From Oikopleura dioica (taxonomy: Eukaryota > Animalia > Chordata), in NCBI GenBank assembly GCA_907165135.1, contig OU015568.1, positions 15,139,208-15,203,207 of the forward strand: 64,000 bases of DNA, in the 5' to 3' direction. Below are positions 27,342 through 40,374 of this stretch, piece by piece (position 1 is the stretch's first letter; every line of letters begins with the position of its first letter). The notes under the pieces are model-generated. The model was not told the DNA's origin, did no database searches, and was given only the letters and a program-made list of their open reading frames with translations. Position numbers and translations under genes: made by a program.

Positions 27342-30189
27342 ATGTCGTCTGTATTAGCATTTTCATTTGTGATCTCAGTCCTTGTTCGTTGCCGAACGGT
27401 AAATATGAAAAAGAAAGAGACCTTCGTAATCAATGCTCAGGTATAAGCATCATTTCGGCTAATGATTATAGCTGATAAAAAACAAAATAAGATCGAATCT
27501 TTAAAGTGCTTGCAATTTGATTCCATTGGCTGTCTTCGTCTTCAGAACGGCCAAGTTGTGCTAATTTCTCAGTTCAAACGACAGTATATTGAATATAATG
27601 AGGAGGGAATTCTAAAGAAACAGTAAGTTTTAAAGATCAATTTTGATGAAAACGAGTTTTCAAGCGGGTTTTCAACGAATCCGCAGAAAGCTTTCTATTT
27701 GATCGTTGGGATTCTCTTTTGGGGTTCCATCATCTTAGCAACGAATTTCCAAAGCCTGAAGAAAATTTATGTTCAAAAGACGATTTTGACTGCTCATTGC
27801 TTTCCGCAGTATAAGTTATGCGTCAAGGTATTCGAACATATATTATATAACTGGAGCAGTTCTCTAGGATTATGACTTTGATGACTGCACTAAAGAAATG
27901 GACTGGTGCCGAGGAAACGGCAACTTTACGATGCCAGAACGAGATCTGACTCTTACGTTCATTGAAAGCTCCAGGAACAGTATTGCTAATTTGGATTTTT
28001 GCTGAGCTGAGCTGACCTGAGTGAAAAATTCTCTGAGCTGAGCCGGCTTATTTCGGAGCTCACTGAGCTGAGCTGGTCTTTTCAGGGGTCGTTGAGCAGA
28101 GCTGAGCTGAGCAAGCCTTTTTGAGCTGAGCTGAGCAGACCCTCGTTAGAGCTGAGCTGAGTGAGCTGTCAGCTCAGAGCTGAGTTGGTAATTACTGTAT
28201 TTTAGTAGTAAAATAGTATTAAAATCATTGAGCTGAGCTGAGCTGATTGATACTTGTCTGAGCTGCGCTGAGGTGAGCAGAACAGATCATGTTTGAAAAT
28301 AATTGAGCTGAGCAGATCCGTCCATTTTCGAACAATACCAACTGCTCAGCTCACTCAGCTCAGCTCACTCAGCTCAGCTCACTCAGCTCAGCTCACTCAG
28401 CTCAGCAAATTTGCAACTCTGTCCAGGAATGAATTGAACTTTACGGAAATCGAGCAAATAACAAATCAAAAGAGATGTGAACGCATAAGATTTATGGACA
28501 GAAGAATTTGCGAGGGACTCTGCACAAATCAAGCAGAACACAAAGAAAAAGTCAAAGAGGACTCACAGTGCGTCTTCATCTGCAGATCCTTGCTGCAAGA
28601 CGCCGGGCATCATGTAGACATTTGTCCTTTCGAGCCTCTTTGTCCAAACGGCTGTCCTTGCAGATTTTTTCGCTGTGTGAATGTCGACACAAGTGAGTAT
28701 CAAGTCAGCTGGTACAACTCCAATGATTGGAACAATTGGTTTTACTGGTTTGACTATTATTACGGTTATTATGGCTATGATGAGCCGCTTGTTTATGGAG
28801 ATTCGGCATTTTCTGATATGTTCTGGACATCTTATGTATCCGCTTTCTCTTACTTTGGAAGTCATCGCGAAAACTCGGCTATTTTAGCTCTTTTCAATCT
28901 AAAAATGAAGAGTCCGTTTTATTCCCAGAAATTGGTTTTGATGATGATAACATTGGATTTGATTGTAAGACTCAAATACGTTTCAAAATAAGTTTATTTC
29001 ATTTTCAGTTAGTATGTTCGCAAAAACTCACAGTTTCATTTATGAAGGACTAAATTATATCATCGATATCCGCGCTGACGTTCACAAACTGCTTCCAAAT
29101 GGCGATGTGTTGGCTCTCAACCTCGACAGCAGAGCAATTAGAAGGATCAAATCCTCAAAAAACATCTTTAGGCTGAGAAATGGTCTCCTCAACAAATACA
29201 CAACGACCGGAGTCTACAAAGATAATTTATTCATATGTAGCATCGCTTACTATGGCCGAGAAGTTTGCTTTCACTCAGAAATCAAAGTTGGAGCACGAAT
29301 TTTTAGAGCTAGAGGTAACTTTTTCTATTAGCCTTGCTCTTTATTCATTTAAGGAATTATCACTCAGACGCACTCAAGAAGATCTCACATGGCTTCTTGG
29401 GATGATCAGCTTCATATCTTCAGCGTTGATCATGAATTCGGAGAAAAGAAGATCCGTTTCAGCACGACCGACAATCCAAAATTTGACTGGGAAAAATGGT
29501 CGATAGAACCCAGAGATCTTCATAAATATGCCTTTGCACATGATCTTCTGGCGATTCCAGATCAGTCCGGGGTTGTTTTTGCTATGTTTGTTGAGCGCAA
29601 TTACATTGACGTCAGTGACTATGAAACACCAGAAAGATACAGACTTGGTTTTATATGAAAAAGATAAGATCAATCTTACATACTGTAGATAATCTTCTAG
29701 TGGGTCGGTCACTTTCGCTGTCGCTACCCATAGTAGGATTCGGTGCTCACCGCGCCCCTTCTGCAAAATAGGGATCCGCTACCTACTCAAGGATTCGGTG
29801 CGCATTATCCAGTAGAGAATTATCGACAGTACGTCTGTAAATTACGTATAAGTAGTTAAATGTCTAAGTGTTCATGATAAAATTCATAAATTCCATGAAA
29901 AGCCTCTTTGTTTACCGATACTTTCATCGTGAATTCGTTAAAATGGCAGAGATTCATGAGGTGGAAGCAATGGTTCTCAAGAGTTGGATGCTTGAGCTAA
30001 TGAAAATCATGAGAGGATTCGAATATTACGGGTAAGAATTTAACCACTTCTGATCACCAAGCGAACTGTAGCGATATCAATTTCAATACGAACCGTGATC
30101 AGGGCTATTACCAGCTAGTCTTTGACGAAAAAGAAGACAAAATCTGGCTCAATAGAACAAAATTATTGAGATACGAATTTCACATGTGA
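27342..30189 (+). CDS. Secreted Cys-rich protein, tandem copy 1
   Basis: Signal peptide; CPFEPLCPNGCPC motif; highly similar to 31230-32813; A-run frameshift at 28901-28905. Confidence 0.7.
27978..28421. mobile_element. hAT-like MITE with (GAGCT)n arrays, inserted in coding sequence; removable as GA-AG intron 27975-28426
   Basis: Perfect 8-bp TSD TCCAGGAA (27970-27977, 28422-28429); imperfect TIR CAGTATTGCTAATTTG / CAAATTTGCAACTCTG; absent from the paralog. Confidence 0.9.
29683..29829. mobile_element. TA-flanked MITE in an intron of copy 1
   Basis: TA|CTGTAGATAATCTTCTA ... TAGAGAATTATCGACAG|TA; the paralogous intron is short. Confidence 0.7.
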
Positions 30190-30502
30190 AATTTTTCATT
30201 TCTGCACCTTCTTTTCGATTAACTACTCATCCGCGAGAATGACCGGTTTTCAGAACAAGTTCAACAGTATAAATGGCAATGTTAAATTACTTAGCTGAAT
30301 CTTGCAAAATTTATAATAAATGCTTGCACTCACAAAATTTGCAACTCTGCCCTCACCACCAGCGATTGCTGGAGCCATAGAGTACTGGAGGCAGAGAGTT
30401 AAGAGAAACTACTTTGATCCGTATGGTAAACCCCGATGAAGTTTGTCCTTTCACTCCAAATTTGAACAATCAGTCGTCATCAAGGCAAAAAATAAAGTTG
30501 AA

Positions 30503-32813
30503 ATGAAGATAAAAGAGATTTCTCAAATCAAAGCTCAGGTGCAAAAATTGATTCTTATGTAACATAAGTTATGTTTTCGAATAAAAAAGTATATTTATTA
30601 ATATTTGTTATATTTCTATTTTCCATATAATACGGATTGGGCTCTTTTTTGAGATGTAATTTCGGCGGAGGAAAATTTATTTTTTTTTTTTGCATTGATT
30701 TATATGCTATTTTGCGGTACTATACCGGTAACTGTCAGAAGTAACCAATAATTAAGTGTTTGGATTGCCACTGCGTTGGTGTTCTCAATCAAAGGAAAGG
30801 AAAAGTCTATTTGTTTCCGGAAGAAGTACTATCAACCCGTAGTATTCATACTCAAGAAAGGGATTTGAAAAACAAGAAAACATGGAAGAAAAAAGTCACC
30901 GGCAAAGTAAGCTTTGCTCAGCATGGATTCTCGACTATTCCTCAAATGAGTTCGTATCTTGTAATTGGCTCAATTTTTTGGATTACGATCATGCTTATTG
31001 GTATTTTTTCTTCTAAAAATCTTTAATTAAAAAATAATTTTAGCGAATATTCACTCTTTGGAAAAATCCCGCGGCGTTTCAACATTTCTGACATTTGAGT
31101 GTCACCGTAATTACAAAAAATGCGTACAGATTGCAACTATGGATTACTGCGGACATCTAATGAAGCAATGTTATACAACAGAAAAGTTCATTTTTCCAGA
31201 ACCAGTTTTAAAAATCCATGGACTCAACGAAAGCTCTTGGAATGATATGAATTTTACAGAAATCGAGCAAATAACAAATCAAAAGAGATGCCAACGTATC
31301 AGGTTTATGGACAGAAGAATTTGCATCGGGCTCTGCACGAACCAAGCGGAATACGAAAGTAAAATTGCAGAGGACTCTCAATGTGTCTTTATTTGCAGAT
31401 CCTTGCTGCAAGACGCCGGAAATCATGTTGGCATTTGTCCTTTCGAGCCTCTTTGTCCAAACGGCTGTCCTTGCAGATTTTTTCGCTGTGTGAATGTCGA
31501 CACAAGTGAGTATCAAGTCAGCTGGTACAACTCCAATAATCGGAACAATTTGTTTTACTGGTTCGACTACTTTTACGGCAACTATGGCTATGAAGATCCG
31601 CTTGTTTATGGAGATACGGCATTTTTATCTATGTTAAGTGCATCAAGTGTATCTGCGTTTTCTTACTTTGGAAGTCACCGCGAAAACTCAGCTATTATAG
31701 CTCTTTTCGATCTAAAAAATGAAGAGTCCGTATTATTCCCAAAAATTGGTTTTAATGATGATAAGATTGGCTTTGATTGTGAGACAAAACACACTAAATG
31801 GATACTTTAATTCACTTTTAGTCAGTGCCTTCGCGAAGACTCACAGTTTTATTTATCAAGGACTTAATTATATCATCGATATCCGCGCTGACGTTCACAA
31901 ACTACTTCCAAATGGCGATGTATTGGCTCTCAACCTCGACAGCAGAGCAATTCGAAGGATCAAATCCTCGAAAAACCTTTTTAGGATGAGAATTGGTCTT
32001 GTTAACAAATACACAACGACCGGAGTCTACAAAGATAATTTATTCATATGTAGCATCGCTTACTATGGCCGAGAAGTTTGCTTCCACTCAGAAATCAAAG
32101 TTGGAGCAAGAATTTTTAGAGCAAGAGGTAAATTCTGCCATGAGCTCCTTTTGTTTATGCTTTTTAGGAATGATCACGCAGGCGCACTCAAGAAGATCTC
32201 ACATGGCGTCTTGGGATGATCAGCTTCATATCTTCAGTGTCGATCATGAATTCGGAGAAAAGAAGATCCGTTTCAGCACGACCGACAATCCAAAATTTGA
32301 CTGGTAAAAATGGTCGATAGAACCCAGAGAGCTTCATAAATATGCCTTTGCACATGATCTTTTGGCGATTCCAGATCAGTCCGGGGTTGTTTTTGCTATG
32401 TTTGTTGAGCGGAATTACATAGACGTTAGCGACTACGAAAGACAAGAAAGATACAGACTTGGTTTTACAAAAAATATTTGATATTAACCTTTCTTATCAC
32501 AGTACTCATAAAATCCGCGAAAAGCCTTTTCGTCTACCGATATTTTCACCGCGAATTTGTAAAAATGGCTGAAATTCATGAGGTGGAAGCAATGGTCCTC
32601 AAGAGTTGGATGCTTGAACTAATGAAAATCATGAGAGGATTCGAATATTACGGGTAGGCACCGTCCAATTTTTCCAAAATCAAGAGGATTTTAAGCGACA
32701 TTAGCTTCAACACAAACCGAGATCGCGGCTACTATCAGTTAGTTTTTGACGAAGAGGAAGACAAAATCTGGCTCAATAGAACGAAATTATTAAAATATGA
32801 ATTTCACATGTAA
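30503..32813 (+). pseudogene. Secreted Cys-rich protein, tandem copy 2, with premature stop (GAA>TAA at 32305-32307); start uncertain
   Basis: Collinear with copy 1 on both sides of the stop. Confidence 0.6.
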
Positions 32814-33012
32814 TGCTTTGAAAATGCTAAGCGACAAAAATAAAAAATACATTGAGTTCCATAGACTCAGTGACCTCTAGACCAGTCATTTTTACCCTTC
32901 CGTTTTACAAGAAGGAAATTAAATCTAGCCGGCTTGATATTTGCTGATTTCATACTTGAACCAAACCACGGACTATATAAACGAGCGCAAACTATTGCAA
33001 TTGCTATTAGAG

Positions 33013-34642
33013 ATGAAGGCGAAGTGCATTTTTGCCATTTTCCTCGCGCAGTCAAGCGCCCAGAGCAATTGCCCGGACTTAGATCTACAGGCAAAATGTG
33101 AAGGAATTTGTGGTACAAAGTACTTTGAGTGTGTGGGGGACTGCAGTGGAGATCATAATTGCGAGCTTCTTTGCTTGAATGATCTGCCTATTTGTGCACT
33201 TGATTGTCCCTGCGCTATCAATTGTCCTAACGGATGCGACGGTTGTCCTAACGAAGGTACTTTAGACGAGATCATCATGTTTAAAAATGCCTTCAAGTTT
33301 GCTCCTGCTACCAGCCTCAGATTGACAGTCCTTTCTACAAAACTTGCATCTCAGAAGCAAGTTCCACCTTTGACGGATGTGTCAAAGGCTGCCCACTGAA
33401 TACAACATGTCATGAGGATTGCTTCTCGGACTTTCAAGACGAAGCTGAGCGCTGCCCTTGTGCTGACTTGTGCCCCGACGGCTGTCCATGCGAAAATGGT
33501 TTCAAGGTATAATCTCAAATTCAAAATGAAATATTAATAACGAGATAAGTGCCAAGATTATGTGATGATTTTGGGCGACAGCGGGCTCAACAGAGTCAGC
33601 ACTTTAGTCGCCAGTGATGGAGAGCTTTCTGATAACAGATTTTACGAAACCCCTGCTGGAAATACCAACTATGGATATTTGTACCGAGCTGGCTATGAAA
33701 TGCTAAAAGGAAATCTCTACATTTTTGGCGGATCCGTGTCTGTTAATCAGATCAGCATCCTTGTTGATTGTGAGATTAAACCCCTCACTGCTACTCTTCA
33801 ATATGGCTTTCAATCAGATTCTGGTGCTATCGCTACGCTTCCTGGAGTCAAAAACGAAAGTAAAAATCCTTTTAGTTGCAAAAACTTAAATTCTTTAGTT
33901 TTTCTTTGCTTCTATGCTAGCCCGTATACAAAGTGTGAAGAGTTTGACGGTGAGGCGTCAGAGCTCAATCCAGCAATCGCTCAAAATAGCCATCGATATG
34001 GAGCTCTTGCCGTCTATGGAACTGGTCTTCTAGCCGTCGGGTCTAATACTGCAAACGCGAGAAATAAGGTCGAATTACTGAACATTGGTGGCGGATGGCA
34101 AGAAGTTGCCGACCATCCTCGAAGCATTCAAAATCCCGGCATCGTAGCTGTTGATGAAGGAGTCCTGACTTTGGGAGGTTACCAATATGACACGAGTCCA
34201 AATGGAGCGATAACTGAGGTCTATCTTTTCAAAGATTTGGAATGGACAATGGTTGGACGGCTCTCTCATGTAAATAGCTTTTAACCCTAGCCGGCCAAAA
34301 ATGATTTTTCTCGGGTACCGGTCAAGATACTCCATATTTGGCTTATATATACTCCATAAATGGCTTTCTATATTTGTTTTAGGCATCGCACTACAACTCT
34401 GTCATTCGTAACGGCAAATCGATAATCAACGTTCCTGGAATCGGGTACATTCACAGCTTCAAATAGGCAGCAAGATATAAAATTTCAGATCCCGAGTTGT
34501 TGAATCTTTGGACTGGGATGGTTACACTCTTGGTTTGTCTCAAGACATCCTGGAGCTCCAGTTCAACATCAACTACCCGATTTTGTTCAATGCAGCGCCT
34601 GATGCCTGTGTCGACTCTTGCGAGAACTATTGTTTCGTCTGA
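33013..34642 (+). CDS. Secreted protein with two Cys-rich repeats (CPC...CP.GC) and a Kelch-like beta-propeller
   Basis: Signal peptide; LYIFGG, LLAVG, LTLGG...W repeats. Confidence 0.75.
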
Positions 34643-34845
34643 TTACAAAATATCTGAATAATTTTTCGATGATTTTCCTGACAATCAAATAATAAATTAA
34701 TCTCTAAATTTGAATAAATATATTTTGCAATCAAAGAAAGTTATGAGTCGGAATTGAAACCATCCGAAGAGCCAAAAGGATTGAATTTTAATAAAACTAA
34801 AAATAAGGTTGATTAGAAATTTAATTATTCTTACAAGTTTCTTAT

Positions 34846-35766
34846 ATGACGGTACTCGGCGACGAGGGACTCGTTCGAACAAGTATTATGATGACATTCG
34901 CCGGCCTTTTTGTGGATAATCCAAAATATATAATTCCAGATGGAAATGATAGTCACAACTTCCTTTCTCGTGCAGGTCACGCGAAGCTTTATGATCATTT
35001 TTACTTTTTTGGTGGAAACGCCGACGGCAAACAAATAAGTTTCCTCACTGGTTGTGTTATTCAAGAGACCAGTTTTCGTCTTCCTGCTAACTATTTTTCC
35101 TATTATAGTTCGGCAATTTTTCATTTTGAGACAAGTATGTTAATAGTATTACATGTATGTACTTCAATGATATAAATATTTTCAGTTTATTTGTGCTTTT
35201 TGAGTGGACAAGACAATCGATGCTATGACTTTGATGGTGTAAAGATACTATCAAGATTCACAACGACTTATCATCATCATTATGCTAGCTTGGCCACTCA
35301 TGGCAGTGAATTTTTAATAATTGGCGGCAATTATAATGGTCAGCGTAAAACAGTTGAATCTTTCCGTCAAACTCTTGCTTCTGGAACGCTAACAACACGA
35401 ACCAGTCATCCTATTGAGTTCGCTTATGGCGGGGCTGTAACTGTTCCGGGTGGAGTGATAACTGTTGGGGCCTACAGCAGCTCTTACTACAATCGTGTTT
35501 ACTTCTATAATGGAAGCTGGAAATATCTTGGTGAACTTACTTATCAGTATCGCTACCAAACATTATTCTTGAAAGGATCGACAATTTACTCTTTTGGATA
35601 CATGTAAAATATTAAAGTATAATTGTATTATTTAACCCTTTTTAGGACTCAAGTTGAGAGCTTTGATTTTAATGGGCAATCCATGTTGAATAAGAAGAAA
35701 ATATATGACCTACCATCAGCAATTCAGTATCCTTTCGTTTATAGTCCAGATCCACTTTGTGTTTGA
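34846..35766 (+). CDS. Kelch-like propeller paralog lacking the Cys-rich N-terminus (possibly truncated)
   Basis: Aligns by eye with 33562-34642 (LGD.GL.R.S, L.RAG, Y.FGG, V.LCF). Confidence 0.6.
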
Positions 35767-35849
35767 TTGTTAATTGTAAATGCGTTCCCATTATTCAAAA
35801 GAGCCAGTCTTTAATAAACACATATTGTTACGATGTTACCACTATCATA

Positions 35850-36246
35850 CAGTTATTTTCCTCTTTTGTGGACATTTTTTGTCCCAAATTTTCGGAAAAA
35901 TGTCCACAAAAGTGGGCAAGGGTTCCCAAAAAATGTCCCGCCGTAGTATATTTAAATTTTTTCAAATATAAGTTTTTATGGAAAAATGGCGAATTTCATC
36001 CTCGAAACGCCTTTCTCTTGCTTATGTTTATCTTTTTTCGACAAATTTAAATGCTTTAGTCCTTCATTTCTTGAAAATAACCCTTGATTTTTGAAAAGAA
36101 TAAGCCATTTTTGCCTCTAAAATTTTCTTATCAGGGAAAATGTCCACAAAATTGGAACATTATCTTTGCAATAGTGTCCCACGGAAACCCCTTAAAATGA
36201 AGAAAATGTCCACAAACTTGGGGTCCACAAAAGAGGAAAAAAACTG
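35850..36246. mobile_element. Tc1/mariner (pogo-like) MITE
   Basis: TA|CAGTTATTTTCCTCTTTTGTGGAC ... GTCCACAAAAGAGGAAAAAAACTG|TA; internal AAAATGTCCACAAA repeats. Confidence 0.85.
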
Positions 36247-36662
36247 TATGTTTTCGTTAATGTAAGGTAGAGACTGAATTCTTATCACGAAGAATAAACA
36301 CTAATGGCCGTTGTCGCGCCTAAAAAATATGAGCAGTTTTGCACTTCGTTCAGCAGTTTAGTAAGCATGAAATTTTCAGAGTAAATTTTGCTCGATTCCG
36401 CATAGAAAAAAATTCTGGAGAATCCCCAGTGATATAATTAACACTTGATTAAACCATTTATACCGTTGTATAAACTAACACAGCTTATCAGGGCAAGAAG
36501 GTTTGTTATGTGTTTTCAATGCCAACATTTTGTGCTCATATTAAATTGCGTTTTCAAACGGTTACCAGTTTATTTTCTACTTTGATCAAACCCAGTTCTC
36601 GAAAAAATCGAGAAAACTTCCAAATCTAAGAGAAAAAAACGTTCTGGTATTCAAACGAAGAA

Positions 36663-37638
36663 ATGAAGATTATCTTATCATTATTAATAATTCTATTGTT
36701 TGTCGTCTCTGTCTTTGCAGGTAGGTTTTTAGTCGATGATTTCTTATGGTTAGGGTAGGCCCCGGTAGGGGGAGCATTTTATGTTTTAATAAACGACTTC
36801 ATTTTTAGAAGAAAACTTTTCAACACAGAAGACTGGCCAAGACTTTTCTCTTTTTGTGGAATCCCGTGAAAATTGTCCGGATCATGAGACGTCCTTTTGC
36901 GAGGAAGAAAACTCTTCGAGGGCTTGTGGTGAATGGAATTGTCCAGATGGCATTTCAGAGTTTTCCTATTGCACGGTTGTCGTTGAAAACAATTCAGGGA
37001 GTCAAGAATACCACAGGAACAGGTTTTAGCTAGCTTTTTCCTCGAGAAATCAATGACTTTTGTCTTTACCATTCAATTTCAATCGTAAATTTAAATAACC
37101 TGGAGTAGAGCTTGCAGTTGCCATACAAACGTAGGACCGTTTAACGTCTTCACGGGATGCAAGTGGGAAATGCAAGAGACAATTACAATATCCACAACAA
37201 CCTCAACAACAACCTCAACAACAACATCAACAACAACATCAACGACAACATCATCGACAACATCATCGACAACAGCAACGACAACGACCACGACATCAAG
37301 GACCACGGCAGCTGCATTCCCTCTAAAATCAGAAGCCTCCGAAAAAATGCTTCTTGATGCTGAGCTTCTCGGAAGCCTTAAAAATTACGAAGAAGAGCCT
37401 GAAAAAGTAGAGGAATATTACGAACCCTATCGACCCTATCCGATCTCAAGCAGGCGGAGTCATCAAAGAGAGTGGGAAGGAGGAATGGGGAAGACAATTA
37501 TAGGAGAAGGTAAATTTGCAGCAAAGTCGAAAATATAAAAAAAGCGTTTTAGATGGAACTTACGTTCATGCTTTCGAACTGATGCAGAGAATTCAGCGAA
37601 TGATGTTCGAAGAAGGTCTATTTTCACTTTATCATTGA
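36663..37638 (+). CDS. Secreted protein with a small Cys domain and Thr/Ser-rich stalk, 4 exons
   Basis: Signal peptide MKIILSLLIILLFVVSVFA; in-frame exon chain. Confidence 0.7.
37017..37108 (+). other. Probable GA-AG intron with terminal stem (an in-frame GT lies 6 nt downstream)
   Basis: GAA-CAGGTT ... AACCTG-GAGTAG. Confidence 0.55.
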
Positions 37639-38330
37639 CATATAAATATGCAAGATAATATTTGATTACCTCATTGCATCATAATATAGAGTTTTTGGGG
37701 GTTTTCATTTATTGTATAAACTTCATCAGCATGTTTTGTGTTGAGATTCAAATTGTAAACAGTTTTCATGAAATTGATGCAATAAACAAAAGCGCTCTCA
37801 AACTCAATTATCTTCAATTTTGTTAGTCAATTCAAATAGTATTTTTTACTCTTTTTTACTGCAAACACCTCATTTTTTATACAATTTTACACCACTAATA
37901 AACATACAACTTGAAAATAAATTCAGATTTTGAAGTGTTAAAACTGGCCTTTAGCTCTTTTTTCTTCCTTGATTCCAACATTAATTTCGATAGAGTACCT
38001 CTTTGTATATCTCTTTGTATAATAGTATTAATTTCGATAGTAATACCTCTTTGAACATCTTCTCTTCCCATAAACCCTTATCAGAACATAAGATGAGCTC
38101 GACAGCTGCATCAATTTATTTTTTCGGAGGCAGATACGTCAGATAGAAACAGAAAAAGAAGAAGGATATGGAAGGATTGGGCACATTCGGTCAGAGTCCA
38201 GTCAGACTGATAAAATGCATCAAATTTATAGAAAAAGTATAAAGAATTGTATGTTCAGGCAGTGAGGTAGTTACTGTTTCCGTTTTTTCAATCATTCGTT
38301 TGCGAAGTAGGAAATAAAAAACAAGAAAGA

Positions 38331-40374
38331 CTATTGTCGCGTTCCAAAATTAAGCTCTTTTATCGACGCTTGCAGAAAGATTGGATCCTCTGTGTTCGAC
38401 AAATTCTTCTTGCTCCGCGACGTTTTCTTCGTTTCTTCAATTACTGTCATTCTCCTGCGATGAACTGTCTCTTCGTCCGAGTGGCTTGAAAACGTTCTGG
38501 ACGAGTGGCTCTTGCTTCGGCTGTGACTGGAGTCGGATTTGTAGCCAGATGAAGGGATGTTTGGGTTCCTGAATAAGCAAAAGTAAGGGTTGAGAAAAGG
38601 TCTATATTTTTTCGCACCAATGGTCAACATCAATATCAACAGATCATTCAATTAAACATCTAGGTCGGAGCCGGGGCCCGGCGAACCGAAGCGACGAAAA
38701 TTTACCGATTTTTTTGAAAAAAGGATGTGGATGGTTCAAGGCTTATTGACTCTTATTTGACCTTCATTCACACTTTTGTGCCTTTTTGGTGGCCTTTTTG
38801 AACTTGATGAGGAGTTGCGAGTGCAGTGACGAAGACTGTGACTGTACCTTGGATGGGATTTCGCAGAAGATTCTCTGTGAGTTCTCCTTTTTCTTCGCTT
38901 TCGCTGGTCCCTTTTTTCTCTTGATTTTCGACCATCTTCCGTTTCCGTTGTATAATTACAGGACTTTCCGGGATATTCTAGCGCTCGCATGGAATCGCCA
39001 GTTTTCTTCGTACTGCTGTAGTATTTCATTGTGTTTGATGATTTTATCGTCCCCATTTTCGAGACTTGGCTGTGCTCCAGGACCTCCATGAGATCTCCCT
39101 GAAATCATTATGAGTTTTGAATTACTTGATGAGTTCTCAATTTCTAAATTTGACATAAGCAAAGCTTGACTCAATTTTTTGGATCGATATAAACCCGACT
39201 TAGCTGGTCAATTAGCTTGACCCATGAAATTTGCTTTACCTGGGGGATGAACATTCCGACTTCTCCCGAGGGTAGAGTACAGTATTGAATCGACGCGGGC
39301 ATCATCACACTGTGTCCGTCCACTTGGTTGCCGCCGGATTTCACGCTCTAAATGACGCGGTCAGTAAATTTTCATTTAGACCAGAAGCCGTGCTTGTTCG
39401 TTGCTTTTTGATTACCTTGAATATCGAAGCTGCTACTGAGGGTGCGCGGTTTATTGAGGGCGCGTAGCTGGGCGATACCGTCGGCGCGACCTGCGATCCG
39501 CAGCTTGGACAGCCGGTGTGATGGTTTTGGCGCTCTTCGTAGGGGAGGATCGACATTGTCGGGTTTATGGTGCCGGAATAGTCCGCTCCGTATTGACCAT
39601 CTCGCATCGTTAGATCCTAAAAAATCCAAGGTCAATTTTGAAGGATCGCTGCTCGGTGAAGCGTGAACAGCCAAAATTTCCAAAAACTTTCAGATGATGA
39701 TGGATTATATTTACCTTTTTGAGCCTGTTCTGGCCGCGCCCTTGAAAGCACAAATTGTCGCAACAGTTACAACAATACTTCGAGCACAGCGCTATTACCA
39801 GGATAATTACTATCACTAGGACGACAATGACTGCGACGACGATTCCAATTGCACCGGAATCAACATTGAGATTGATGTCTAAAAGCGGGTTAGGGGTCGG
39901 CCAAAAATGAAAGAGTCAAGTACCGGAATCGAGCGTGACTTCAGCTGATTCGATGCCAAGCAGGCCCGCGTCGGAGAATCCCTTTTGAACGGCGCGCTCC
40001 AGGTTTTGTCCCATTTCTAAGCAGCAAAGGTTAGATAGGTTAATATCGGTAATCCCCATACACTCATCCACTGGATCGATCCGCGCGTCCTCAATAGGCC
40101 CCCAGCCGCGCTTACGAACAATAAAATGCCAATCAAGTGTTTAGCGAAAAAATACCCCTTAGACTGAAGACGGGACTGTTTTTGTTACTAAGTAATACTG
40201 GCGAGGACCCAAGGGGTAAACAGATAATGCCTCTTTCAATAAACGATTCGCTCTTTTTCTCCTTGTTGTGGGAAGACGAAAAAAGTTTGGACAGTTTCCT
40301 TTCTCATCTAATAAGAATTGTAAACATTGAAAACGAGCATTTCTGAATAGTACCAGTACCAAAGAATTGCCCAA
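38331..40374 (-). CDS. Single-pass membrane protein with Cys-rich juxtamembrane segment and Ser/Arg-rich tail; ends uncertain
   Basis: TM GAIGIVVAVIVVLVIVIILVIAL-CSKYCCNCC; chained ORFs. Confidence 0.55.

Noticed and set aside
28000-28410. GAGCT/CTCAG arrays as a CRISPR array or free satellite
   Set aside because: No unique spacers; the arrays are internal to a TIR- and TSD-bounded element in a eukaryotic gene.
37979-38055. Short direct duplication (ATTAATTTCGATAG...TACCTCTTTG)
   Set aside because: Ordinary local slippage duplication.
40160-40230. Possible GC intron with CTGTTT/AAACAG pairing
   Set aside because: Exon frame unverified and the stem lies further inside than in the other cases.
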